Below, piece after piece: positions 23,401-32,321 of a stretch of DNA of 64,000 nt. Every line of letters starts with the position of its first letter. Position 1 is the first letter of the stretch. This stretch comes from Acidimicrobiia bacterium (GTDB lineage Bacteria > Actinomycetota > Acidimicrobiia > Spongiisociales > Spongiisociaceae): positions 1 through 64,000 of the forward strand of contig JBFGLM010000005.1 of NCBI GenBank assembly GCA_041576165.1, given 5' to 3'. The notes beneath the pieces are model-generated. The model had not been told where the DNA came from and made no database searches. It saw only the letters and a program-made list of their open reading frames with translations. A program made the translations under genes and the position numbers.

Positions 23401-25397
23401 TGATCCGGCGCCTCCTGATCGCCAACCGGGGAGAGATCGTGGTTCGTATCGCCCGGACGGCCCACCGGATTGGCATCGACACGGTCGGGGTGTACTCCGA
23501 GGCCGATGCCAACGCGCTGCATGCGGACGTGGTTGATGTCGCGGTGGAGTTGGGCGGAGCCAAGCCCGCGGCTTCCTACCTGCGGATCGACGCGTTGCTG
23601 GAGGCGGCACGCCGCACCGGAGCAGATGCCGTACATCCCGGATACGGCTTCCTCGCCGAAAACGACGAGTTCGCGCAACGAGTCGAGGATGCCGGCCTGA
23701 TATGGGTGGGTCCACGCCCCGCGCAGATTGCATTGTTGGGCGACAAGGTGGCGGCCAAGCGAGTTGCCGGGGAGGCCGGCGTGCCTACCGAGGACGCGAT
23801 CGAGCTGACCCCCGATTCCATCCCGCCCGGCGTCGATCCGCCCGTATTGGTGAAGGCCGCCGCGGGTGGCGGAGGTCGGGGCATGAGGATCGTGCGGGCA
23901 TCTTCCGAGCTCGCAGCCGCGGTCGAGGAAGCCTCGCGCGAGGCAGCGGCCGCGTTCGGTGACGGCCGTGTGTTCATCGAGCCGTTCGTAGAGAACGGCC
24001 GGCACGTCGAGGTCCAGATCATGGGAGACCGCTACGGCAACGTCATCCATCTGGGCGAGCGGGAATGCTCCATCCAGCGCCGCAACCAGAAAGTGATAGA
24101 GGAAGCGCCCTCACCCGGCATCACCGGCGAGGTTCGCTCTGCCCTGTGCCAGGCCGCGGTCCAGCTCGCCCGCCACGTCGGATATGACAACGCCGGGACG
24201 GTCGAGTTCCTGGTGGGCGATGAGGGTTCGATCAACTTGCTGGAGGTGAACACCCGTCTGCAAGTTGAGCACCCGGTGACGGAGGCTACGACAGGCCTCG
24301 ACCTGGTGGAGCTGCAGCTCCGGGTGGCAGCCGGCGAGCGCCTGCCCATAAACCAGGACGATGTGACGTTCAACGGGCATGCCATCGAGGCCCGGTTGGT
24401 GGCCGAGGATCCGGCTGCCGGGTGGTTACCGTCCAGTGGGACCGTGACCGCGTTTGAATTCGGTGACGGCGCCAGGGTCGATACCGGGGTCCGGCCTGGC
24501 ATGGACGTATCGCCGGACTATGACTCGCTGCTGGCGAAAGTCATCAGCTCAGCCCCCACGAGACAGGAAGCCGCGCGGCGCCTCGCGAGATCGCTCCGGA
24601 CCGCCCGAGTCGCAGGCGTTCGGACCAACATCGGCACGCTGATCGCCGTACTGGGGGAAGTGGACTTTCTCGCAGGAGACACTCCGACCTCCTATTTCGC
24701 CGCTCACCCCGGCGTTCTGGATCCGCCCGGCCCGCAAGGGGACGATCGGCTGGCATTGCTGCTGGGAGCGGTATTTGCCGCCGAATACGGTGACCGGCTC
24801 GGCGACCCGGTCACCGGCTTCGCCCCCTCGGGCTGGCGCAATCTGCGGACCATTGGTCAGCGCCAGATTTGGCGCGGGGACGAAGGTGACCACCACATCG
24901 AGTACATCATGGAGGGATCCGACCGCGCCAGGGTATGGGTTGGCCCCTGGCCGCTCCCCGAAGCCGATGGGAGCCTGCCCGTGGACGACCGGCGGGTCGT
25001 GTCGGTGGGACTGCTCGAGCGTCGGACCGGCCGCCAAACCGTCGAGGTCGACGGCCTCCGCTCGGTCGTTACCGTGCGGATGGACGGAGAGACGGCCTAC
25101 ACCGCGAGCCGGGCCGGGGCGCTCACCTGGCAGCTCGCCCCGCGATTTGTGATCCACGAAGCAGGGGAAGCCGGCAGCGGACCGGTATGCCCGTTGCCGG
25201 GAACCGTCATCGCGGTGCACGTGGAATCGGGGCAGCAGGTCGCCGACGGGGAGCTGCTTGTCGTGGTGGAGGCGATGAAGATGGAGCACAAGATCACCGC
25301 CACCGGCGCTGCGACCGTGCGACAGGTCAACTTTGCGGTGGGGGACCGGGTGGACGCAGGTGACCTGCTCGTCGAGCTCCAGCACGAGGAGGCCTGA
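23400..25397 (+). CDS. Biotin carboxylase / biotin carrier subunit (AtuF/MccA-like)
   Basis: IANRGEI, HPGYGFLAEN, GGGGRGM, RECSIQRR, EVNTRLQVEHPVTE, EAMKME. Confidence 0.95.
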   Translation: MIRRLLIANRGEIVVRIARTAHRIGIDTVGVYSEADANALHADVVDVAVELGGAKPAASYLRIDALLEAARRTGADAVHPGYGFLAENDEFAQRVEDAGLIWVGPRPAQIALLGDKVAAKRVAGEAGVPTEDAIELTPDSIPPGVDPPVLVKAAAGGGGRGMRIVRASSELAAAVEEASREAAAAFGDGRVFIEPFVENGRHVEVQIMGDRYGNVIHLGERECSIQRRNQKVIEEAPSPGITGEVRSALCQAAVQLARHVGYDNAGTVEFLVGDEGSINLLEVNTRLQVEHPVTEATTGLDLVELQLRVAAGERLPINQDDVTFNGHAIEARLVAEDPAAGWLPSSGTVTAFEFGDGARVDTGVRPGMDVSPDYDSLLAKVISSAPTRQEAARRLARSLRTARVAGVRTNIGTLIAVLGEVDFLAGDTPTSYFAAHPGVLDPPGPQGDDRLALLLGAVFAAEYGDRLGDPVTGFAPSGWRNLRTIGQRQIWRGDEGDHHIEYIMEGSDRARVWVGPWPLPEADGSLPVDDRRVVSVGLLERRTGRQTVEVDGLRSVVTVRMDGETAYTASRAGALTWQLAPRFVIHEAGEAGSGPVCPLPGTVIAVHVESGQQVADGELLVVVEAMKMEHKITATGAATVRQVNFAVGDRVDAGDLLVELQHEEA

Positions 25398-25399
25398 GG

Positions 25400-27175
25400 T
25401 TGGCCGAGCCCATCAGGATCGCCACGGGAGCAGGGTTCTTCGGCGACCGGTTTTCGGGGATGCGTGAGATGGTCGAAGGCGGTCCCATCGACGTGCTGAC
25501 CGGCGATTATCTCGCCGAGCTGACCATGTTGATCCTGGCCCGCACCCAGGCCCGGCGTCCGGGTGGCGGCTACGCCCGTACCTTTGTCGCCCAGATGGAG
25601 CAGGTCATGGGGATTTGCCTCGACCGCGGAATCAAGGTTGTCACGAACGCGGGCGGCCTCGACCCGGGGGCGTGCGCCGAGGCTGTTGCCGAGGTGGCGG
25701 ACAAGCTGGGCCTGGCACCCGTCATAGCGTTCGTCGACGGCGATGACCTCCTGCCCCGGATCGGCGATCTGATCGGCGCGGGTGCGCTCCAGCCGTTCGG
25801 CCGCGCCTCGCTCGGCGAACCAGACGCCTACCTCACCGCCAACGCCTACCTGGGGTGCTGGGGGATCGTCGCAGCACTCAACCGGGGGGCAGATATCGTC
25901 GTCACCGGCCGCGTGACCGATGCCGCCGTGACCTGCGGACCGGCGGCCTGGCATCACGGCTGGTCGCGCGACGACTGGGATGCGCTCGCCGGCGCCGTGG
26001 TTGCCGGCCATGTGATCGAGTGCTCGGCGCAGGCCACGGGCGGGAACTACTCCTTCTTCACGGAAATCCCCGGCTTCGCTGATCCGGCTCGCGTGCGGTT
26101 CGGGTTTCCGTGGGCTGAGATCGCCGCCGACGGATCGTCGGTGATCGGCAAGCACGATGGAACCGGAGGGGAGGTCTCGGTCGGGACTGTCACTTCCCAG
26201 CTCCTCTACGAGGTCGGTGGACCGGCGTATCTCGGTCCCGATGTCACCGCTCGTTTCGACACGATCACGCTCGATCAGGCCGGTCCTGACCGGGTGGCCA
26301 TCAGCGGCGTCAGGGGAGAACCACCTCCTGCGACCCTCAAGGTGGCGATCAACGAGCTGGCCGGTTATCGCAACACGATCGAGGTCGCACTCAGCGGCCT
26401 CGACATCGAACAGAAGGCAGCATTCGCAGAGACCGCATTTTGGGACGCCTGCCCCCACCCTCTGGCCGATTTCGCTTCAGTCGTGAGCCGGGTCGTGCGG
26501 ACCGACAAGGCCGATCCCGGCTCGAACGAAGAGGCCACCGCCGTCTGGCGCCTCACGGTGAAAGATCCGGATGAGCGGAAGGTGGGCCGGTCCTTCTCGA
26601 ATGCCCTGATCGAGACGGCGCTGGCATCCATCCCCGGCATGTACCCGTTGACCGGCGGTCCGTCCGCGGCCAGCCCCTACGGGATCTACCGGCCGGCCCT
26701 GGTGGCGGCCGAGCTGGTGCCACAGCACGTGCATTTTCCGCCGGGACCGCCCCGCCAGGTGGAGTCGGTTGCGCCGACCGGCAGTGTGTCCGTCGAGCCG
26801 GTCGCCGGTCCGCACGGCGTGCGGCCGTCCGGTCCCACCCGGGCCGCGCCGCTAGGGCGGTTGTTTGGAGCGCGATCTGGTGACAAGGGCGGTGACGCCA
26901 ACCTGGGTGTGTTCGCTCGTTCCGACGAGGCTTGGCTGTGGCTGGAGGATTTCCTCACCACGGAGCGGCTCAGAGCGCTGCTGCCCGAGGTGGCACCGCT
27001 GGACATCGAACGGCACTCCTTGCCCAACATCCGCTCGATCAACTTCGTGATCTACGACTTGCTCGAGGAAGGGGTGGCCGCCTCAACGCGCCGCGACCCC
27101 CAAGCCAAGAGTCTCGGCGAGTGGCTCCGAGCCCGGGTGGTGGAAATCCCCGTCAGTATCCTCACCGGAGGTTGA
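25400..27175 (+). CDS. Acyclic terpene utilization AtuA family protein
   Basis: GFFGDR, GDYLAELTM, GRVTDA, GHVIEC, GARSGDKGG, DPQAKSLGEWLR. Confidence 0.92.
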   Translation: MAEPIRIATGAGFFGDRFSGMREMVEGGPIDVLTGDYLAELTMLILARTQARRPGGGYARTFVAQMEQVMGICLDRGIKVVTNAGGLDPGACAEAVAEVADKLGLAPVIAFVDGDDLLPRIGDLIGAGALQPFGRASLGEPDAYLTANAYLGCWGIVAALNRGADIVVTGRVTDAAVTCGPAAWHHGWSRDDWDALAGAVVAGHVIECSAQATGGNYSFFTEIPGFADPARVRFGFPWAEIAADGSSVIGKHDGTGGEVSVGTVTSQLLYEVGGPAYLGPDVTARFDTITLDQAGPDRVAISGVRGEPPPATLKVAINELAGYRNTIEVALSGLDIEQKAAFAETAFWDACPHPLADFASVVSRVVRTDKADPGSNEEATAVWRLTVKDPDERKVGRSFSNALIETALASIPGMYPLTGGPSAASPYGIYRPALVAAELVPQHVHFPPGPPRQVESVAPTGSVSVEPVAGPHGVRPSGPTRAAPLGRLFGARSGDKGGDANLGVFARSDEAWLWLEDFLTTERLRALLPEVAPLDIERHSLPNIRSINFVIYDLLEEGVAASTRRDPQAKSLGEWLRARVVEIPVSILTGG

Positions 27176-27215
27176 TCGCCAGCCTCAGGGGCGCGCCGTG
27201 GTGCCCGCCATCCCG

Positions 27216-29900
27216 CTACAGATCGCCGGTGAAATCGCGGCCCAGCTGGCGAATGGTCCAGTCGATCCCCTCATCCGGCTCCATGGTTCGGCCCTTCGCG
27301 ACCGCCGCGTCCCAACGGGGCGCACCCTCCGCATGTCGCAGCCGATCCAGGGCGGCCGCAGTCGAATACGCATTAACCGCGATCTCGGTCCTGTCTTCAT
27401 ACGGTGCGAGCACCATGTTCAGGCGTTGACGTATGGCTTGCGATATGCCGATGACGATGCCAGGCGACTCCAGATCGCCCAGCTGCACGAGGACCAGAGC
27501 GGCGCTTCCGAGAGCATGGGTGAGGCAGGCGTAATTGTTGATCTGGCGGAACGATTCGAGCGATTCGATTGTGTGCCGGATGGAATTGTCATCCACCCTG
27601 TCTTGCCAGCAGTCGAACATGGCCACAGCTTCTCCGGCGTGAGCGGCAATGTTGGGCACTTTGATGGCACTGGCGGCCTCGGCAAATCGATCGATGTGAA
27701 CCCTTCCTTCGGTGTATTCACCGGCAAACCCCAGTGCCCAACCCAGCAGTAACGTGGAGAACAGTTGGCCCGCTTTGTCGGCGGCCTCGGTGTGGCTCTG
27801 AAGTGCACGGCGGAAGATCTCGATCGTTTCTGACGGGGACCGAGCGCCCCACCCGGCGACGCCGTCGTAAAAGAGAGACCAGCCCAAACCGCGGGGATCG
27901 CCGAGCTCCTGGAAGATCGCCTGCGACTCCGCCAGGCGGTCGATTGCTTCCTGATAGCGGCCGGCGCGTACGCACAGCATGCCCCCCACCCCCGATTGCA
28001 GGCGAGCGCGAGTCTTGCCGGGGAGCCGTTCGCCTGCGGCGTCCATCAAGGCACTGGCCCAGTCGTATCCCTCGGCTAGGAAGGTGCGGGCGTCGGTGGT
28101 GTGCGCGTCCGCCTCCATGGCGTTCATCCAGAAGAAACGGGTCAGCGCGGTCATGGCCGTGGCGCCCGTTACGGGATCATGTTCGAGGGCCCAGGCAAGA
28201 GCGGCGCGCACATTGTCCATCTCAGTTTGAAATCTGTGCAGCCATTTGATCTGATCACGCCCTTCCAGCTCCCTGCCGCCAGTGCGTGCGAGTTCCAGCA
28301 TCCACGCTAGGTGGGCACTCGATGCCGCATCCGTCTCGTTGAGGGCATCGAGCAGCTCTCCGGCGAACTGCCGGATGGTCTCCAGCATCCGGTAGCGCCC
28401 GTCCCCGTGCTGTATCAGCGACTGCGCGACCAGTTGATCCAGAAGGTCCACGACCTGATCCGCTTCGGCGACGGTCGCCCCGAGTTCTTCGGCGGCAGCC
28501 AGATCGAAGCCGCCTGCGAAGACCGAGAGGCGCCGGAAGAGGGCCTGCTCGGTCGGGCTCAACAGGTCGTAGGACCAGGCAACCGTGTCGCGCATCGTTC
28601 GGTGATGGGCCACCCCGTCATCGGCGCCGCCTCGCAAGAGGCTCAAGCGGTCGTCCAAACGGCTGTTCAGATCCGTGAGACTCATCGAACGCAGTCGGGC
28701 ACACGCCAGCTCGATGGCCAGCGGGAGGGCGTCCAGTTTGGTGCAGACCTCGGAAACGACGGCCGCGTTGTCGGCCGTGACCGCAAAGGCTGGGTCGGCG
28801 GCCCGAGCACACGCCTCGAACCACGCCCCGGCGTCAGAGGCAAGCACGGCGGCAGCCGTGGCCGATTCGGGAAGCGACATGGTCGGGATACGCCAGGCTT
28901 GCTCACCGCTCACAGCGAGCGGTTCGCGTGAAGTCGCCAGGATCTTGAGATCCGCTACCTCTCGCAGCAGTCGTGTGACCATACGCGCGACGTCCTGACG
29001 TAGGTGTTCGCAATTGTCGAGCACCAGAAGTAGTCGCTGTCCACGCACTGCATCAACCAGCGCATCGAGTTGATCGCGGTCTGCCGGCGCAGGGCGGCGA
29101 ATAGCTCCGAGGATCTCGGTCGGGATCCGTCTGCCGTCGGTGAGGCCCGCCAGCTCGACCAGCCACACGCCGGCAGGATGATCTGCGGTCGACTGTCTCG
29201 CCGCCTCCAGTGCCAACGTCGTCTTGCCGGCACCGCCCGCACCAGTGATGGTGAGCAGCCGGTGGTCGGCCAACGTCGCCAGCAGGGTTTCGAGCTCCTG
29301 TCGGCGGCCGACCACCGACCTGATGGCGGCCGGAAGATTGGAGGGCGTTGACTCAGTTCGAAGAGGCGGGAAGGCGCGTGTAAGAGCATCGGCCTCAACT
29401 TGAAAGACCCGCTCCGGCCGCGTGATCCCCCGAAGTTGGTGTTCTCCCAAGTCGCGAAAAGACACATCCAGGCGGTCGACCATCAGGTCATGCGTCGCGG
29501 CCGACACCAGAATCTGTCCTCCATGACCCGCTGCTTCGAGGCGGGCGGCCCGATTGACCGTCGGTCCGTGATAGTCATCGGACTCGAGGGTGGCCGGGCC
29601 GGTATGAATGCCGATCCGGGTTTCGAGCGGGCCGACAACCTCGGACGAAGGCGCATCTGCGAGCGTTTGCTGGGCCTGGACCGCCGCTGCGACCGCCTGG
29701 GCCGGATCATGGAACACCGCCATGAAGCCATCGCCCATTTTCTTGACCACGTGGCCCCGGTGCGCGGTGATCAGATTCTCGAACATCTCATCGTGGCGAG
29801 ATAGCGCCGCTTCCATCTCGGCCGGTGCACGTTCCCACCGCGACGAACTGTCCACGAGGTCGGTGAACATGAAGGTGACGATGCCGGTCGGTAGTTCGAT
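27216..29900 (-). CDS. Class III adenylate/guanylate cyclase + NB-ARC-like NTPase + TPR-like regulator (start uncertain)
   Basis: PTGIVTFMFTD, MGDGF, RIGIHTG, VNRAARL; GAGGAGKT, LLVLDNCEH, TSRE, LPLAIELA; first in-frame ATG is at 29870. Confidence 0.9.
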   Translation of the reverse strand: MELPTGIVTFMFTDLVDSSSRWERAPAEMEAALSRHDEMFENLITAHRGHVVKKMGDGFMAVFHDPAQAVAAAVQAQQTLADAPSSEVVGPLETRIGIHTGPATLESDDYHGPTVNRAARLEAAGHGGQILVSAATHDLMVDRLDVSFRDLGEHQLRGITRPERVFQVEADALTRAFPPLRTESTPSNLPAAIRSVVGRRQELETLLATLADHRLLTITGAGGAGKTTLALEAARQSTADHPAGVWLVELAGLTDGRRIPTEILGAIRRPAPADRDQLDALVDAVRGQRLLLVLDNCEHLRQDVARMVTRLLREVADLKILATSREPLAVSGEQAWRIPTMSLPESATAAAVLASDAGAWFEACARAADPAFAVTADNAAVVSEVCTKLDALPLAIELACARLRSMSLTDLNSRLDDRLSLLRGGADDGVAHHRTMRDTVAWSYDLLSPTEQALFRRLSVFAGGFDLAAAEELGATVAEADQVVDLLDQLVAQSLIQHGDGRYRMLETIRQFAGELLDALNETDAASSAHLAWMLELARTGGRELEGRDQIKWLHRFQTEMDNVRAALAWALEHDPVTGATAMTALTRFFWMNAMEADAHTTDARTFLAEGYDWASALMDAAGERLPGKTRARLQSGVGGMLCVRAGRYQEAIDRLAESQAIFQELGDPRGLGWSLFYDGVAGWGARSPSETIEIFRRALQSHTEAADKAGQLFSTLLLGWALGFAGEYTEGRVHIDRFAEAASAIKVPNIAAHAGEAVAMFDCWQDRVDDNSIRHTIESLESFRQINNYACLTHALGSAALVLVQLGDLESPGIVIGISQAIRQRLNMVLAPYEDRTEIAVNAYSTAAALDRLRHAEGAPRWDAAVAKGRTMEPDEGIDWTIRQLGRDFTGDL

Positions 29901-29981
29901 GGCAACTCCGCCGTTGCTCTCCGCAAACCTAGCTCGGGACGCTGATTGGTGTCGTTACGCTCCGCGGTGCGGCTGGTGACG

Positions 29982-30491
29982 TCACAGTACCCGGTAGTTC
30001 ACACCGTCGAAGCCGACCACCACGCCCTGACCTTTTCCGAGCGGGCCGATCATCACCCCGGTGAGGCCGAAGACGGCCGCCTCGTTGGTGGGGCTGTGAC
30101 CGACCGCCAGCGCCCGGCGCCGGTCCGGAAGCAGGTCGAAGACGGCTCTGAGGCCAGACGCCAGCCGGGCCGAGTCTTCCGCCAACAGATCGGGATCGGC
30201 CACTCGCATCGCCTCGAGCTCACCCGATCCGGCAGTTCGATAGGCGGCCCGCCAGCGGTCCTCGACATTCGATCGAAGTGCTTCGACGACCAGGACCCCT
30301 CCGGGAACCGTTGCGCCCCGTCCAGCGAGCATGCAGCCAATCGTTTGTGTCGCCCGCTGGGCCCCCGAGGAGGCGGCGAACGCATACTCCCCGACGAGTT
30401 GCCGGCCGATTGCCACCGCAGCCGCCACTCCGGCGGCTGTCAATGCGTCGCCCTCGTTGTCGGTGTGGCGGAACAGGTCGATGGTCCTCAT
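29982..30491 (-). CDS. Histidine phosphatase superfamily protein
   Basis: N-terminal LFRH, SSGAQRATQT, AVGHSP. Confidence 0.75.
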   Translation of the reverse strand: MRTIDLFRHTDNEGDALTAAGVAAAVAIGRQLVGEYAFAASSGAQRATQTIGCMLAGRGATVPGGVLVVEALRSNVEDRWRAAYRTAGSGELEAMRVADPDLLAEDSARLASGLRAVFDLLPDRRRALAVGHSPTNEAAVFGLTGVMIGPLGKGQGVVVGFDGVNYRVL

Positions 30492-30520
30492 TGGCGGAGC
30501 GTACCGCAGGCGACCCGGGG

Positions 30521-31180
30521 TCAGTCGGGGACGGGTGCGGGCGGTGTCAACGCCCGAAGAGTGAATTCGATCACGTCGTCCACCCCCAGCGTTTTGTCGA
30601 GGCCCATGTCGTCGAGCACGTCGGGTTGCGTGACATAGAGGGTCGAGCCGGTGATCATGGCCGCAATGAGGCTGGGGTTGACATCCCTGAACTCACCCCG
30701 GCTCACGCCAATCGCGACGAGGCGCTCGAGGACCGTCGTCACGTAGCGGAAGTGGCGGTCGAGCAAGCGACGGGCGGCCGGCTCGTCGGCCAGGTCGTCG
30801 GCGAAGACGGTGGTCTGGCGCAGGATTGCGGCGCCGCCATGGATGTAATCGGAGATTTGTTCCGCGACCGGGCGCTCCGGGCGAATCGATGCCAATGCCC
30901 GCCGGCCGACCTTGTGCAGGAACCGGTCCAGCACGATCAGGACCAGCTGGTCTTTGGATGGCGCCAGCTCGTAGAGCGTCCGCCGGGAGCAGCCAACTGC
31001 CGCCGCCAGCTCACGCACCGTGAAGGAGGCGAAACCGTGTTCCAGGAACAAGGACTCGAGCAGGTCGAGGACCTGGCGGTGGCGAGGGCCCAGCCCAGCT
31101 TCCGCCCTGCGCGAGAGCAGAGGTCTGGGCATGCTGGCCCGCGTCTCGTCGACCACCGATGGCTGCGTGGGCGATGTCAC
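30521..31180 (-). CDS. TetR/AcrR transcriptional regulator
   Basis: FLEHGFASFTVRELAAAVGCSRRTLYELAPSKDQL HTH; GEFR. Confidence 0.92.
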   Translation of the reverse strand: MTSPTQPSVVDETRASMPRPLLSRRAEAGLGPRHRQVLDLLESLFLEHGFASFTVRELAAAVGCSRRTLYELAPSKDQLVLIVLDRFLHKVGRRALASIRPERPVAEQISDYIHGGAAILRQTTVFADDLADEPAARRLLDRHFRYVTTVLERLVAIGVSRGEFRDVNPSLIAAMITGSTLYVTQPDVLDDMGLDKTLGVDDVIEFTLRALTPPAPVPD

Positions 31181-31267
31181 GGGCCCATGTTGGCATGATG
31201 GGAGGTGTTCGCCTGGCCGGGCTGCCGGCTGCGATCATGACGGCGGCGGACACAGGAGGCGCTGCCG

Positions 31268-31906
31268 ATGTCAACCCCGGAGGATCCGGAGGCACGGGTG
31301 CGTTGGGTCTACTCGTCGGGTTCAGCCGATGAGGTCAGGGCGCGCTATGACGCATGGGCCGCGCGCTACGACGCGGACCTCACCGAGACTTTCGACTACG
31401 TGCTGCCCCGGCGCTGCGCGGCCGAGTTAGCGGAGCTGGTCGGCCCCGAATCGCAGGTCTTGGACGTCGGGGCGGGCACCGGCCTGGTCGGCACCGAGCT
31501 GCGCTCTCACGGCTTCAGCGACATCGTCGGCATCGACATCAGTGCCCAGATGCTGCGTCAGGCGGAACAGACCGGAGCCTACCGGGCTCTCCACCGGGCA
31601 GACCTCGGCTTGCCGCTGCCGTTCGCGGATGATGCCTTCGATGCGGCGATCTGTGTGGGGGTTTTCACCGATGGCCACGCTCCTGCCTCCGCGCTGCCCG
31701 AGGTTGTCCGGGTGGTGCGGGGGGGCGGAATCGTGCTGATCCCGATCCGCCCCGACATCCTCGACAGTCACGGCTTCCGGGACATGTTCGACCGGCTCGT
31801 TCTCGACGGCGCCTGGACCGAGCTGTCGGTGAGTGAGCCGTACCCTCCCATGCCCAAAGGGGAACCTGACGTCATGTCACAATCCCGGGTGTGGCGGGTC
31901 CTGTAG
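31268..31906 (+). CDS. Class I SAM-dependent methyltransferase
   Basis: YDAWAARYD, VLDVGAGTG, GIDISAQML. Confidence 0.92.
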   Translation: MSTPEDPEARVRWVYSSGSADEVRARYDAWAARYDADLTETFDYVLPRRCAAELAELVGPESQVLDVGAGTGLVGTELRSHGFSDIVGIDISAQMLRQAEQTGAYRALHRADLGLPLPFADDAFDAAICVGVFTDGHAPASALPEVVRVVRGGGIVLIPIRPDILDSHGFRDMFDRLVLDGAWTELSVSEPYPPMPKGEPDVMSQSRVWRVL

Positions 31907-31948
31907 GGGGCGCCGGCGCCGATTTCCCGATCATGAAGCCAGCGCCCG

Positions 31949-32001
31949 GAGCGCAATTGACCCCCACCCGCCAAACCGGCAAGGTGGGGGTCGTTCCGCT
32001 C
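31949..32001. terminator. Long inverted repeat (possible bidirectional terminator)
   Basis: gacccccacc (31959-31968) / ggtgggggtc (31983-31992), extended by gagcg/cgctc. Confidence 0.5.
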
Positions 32002-32321
32002 AATCCCCCGAAAGGGCCGAGATGTCGGCGATGCGGAAGCTACGAGCGCCCGGTCCCGTTCACGAGTGCCAGCGTCCCGCCGTTCGGGTACGCATCGAGG
32101 ATCTGCGCCGCCTCGGCCGGCAGTTCGACGTCCAATGCCATTGCCGAGGCGACCGAACGACGCATGAGTAAACCTCCCCAGGTGCGTATCGGCGCGAGCC
32201 GATCAATCCGACACAATCGCGTCTGCGCATCCTGGATGACAATCCCAGCACGAAGGGCGCAAAACCAGTAGGTTCGCCCAGGATCGGCGGGCCAGTCGCT
32301 GGCAGAGGACGGGAGGATGGA

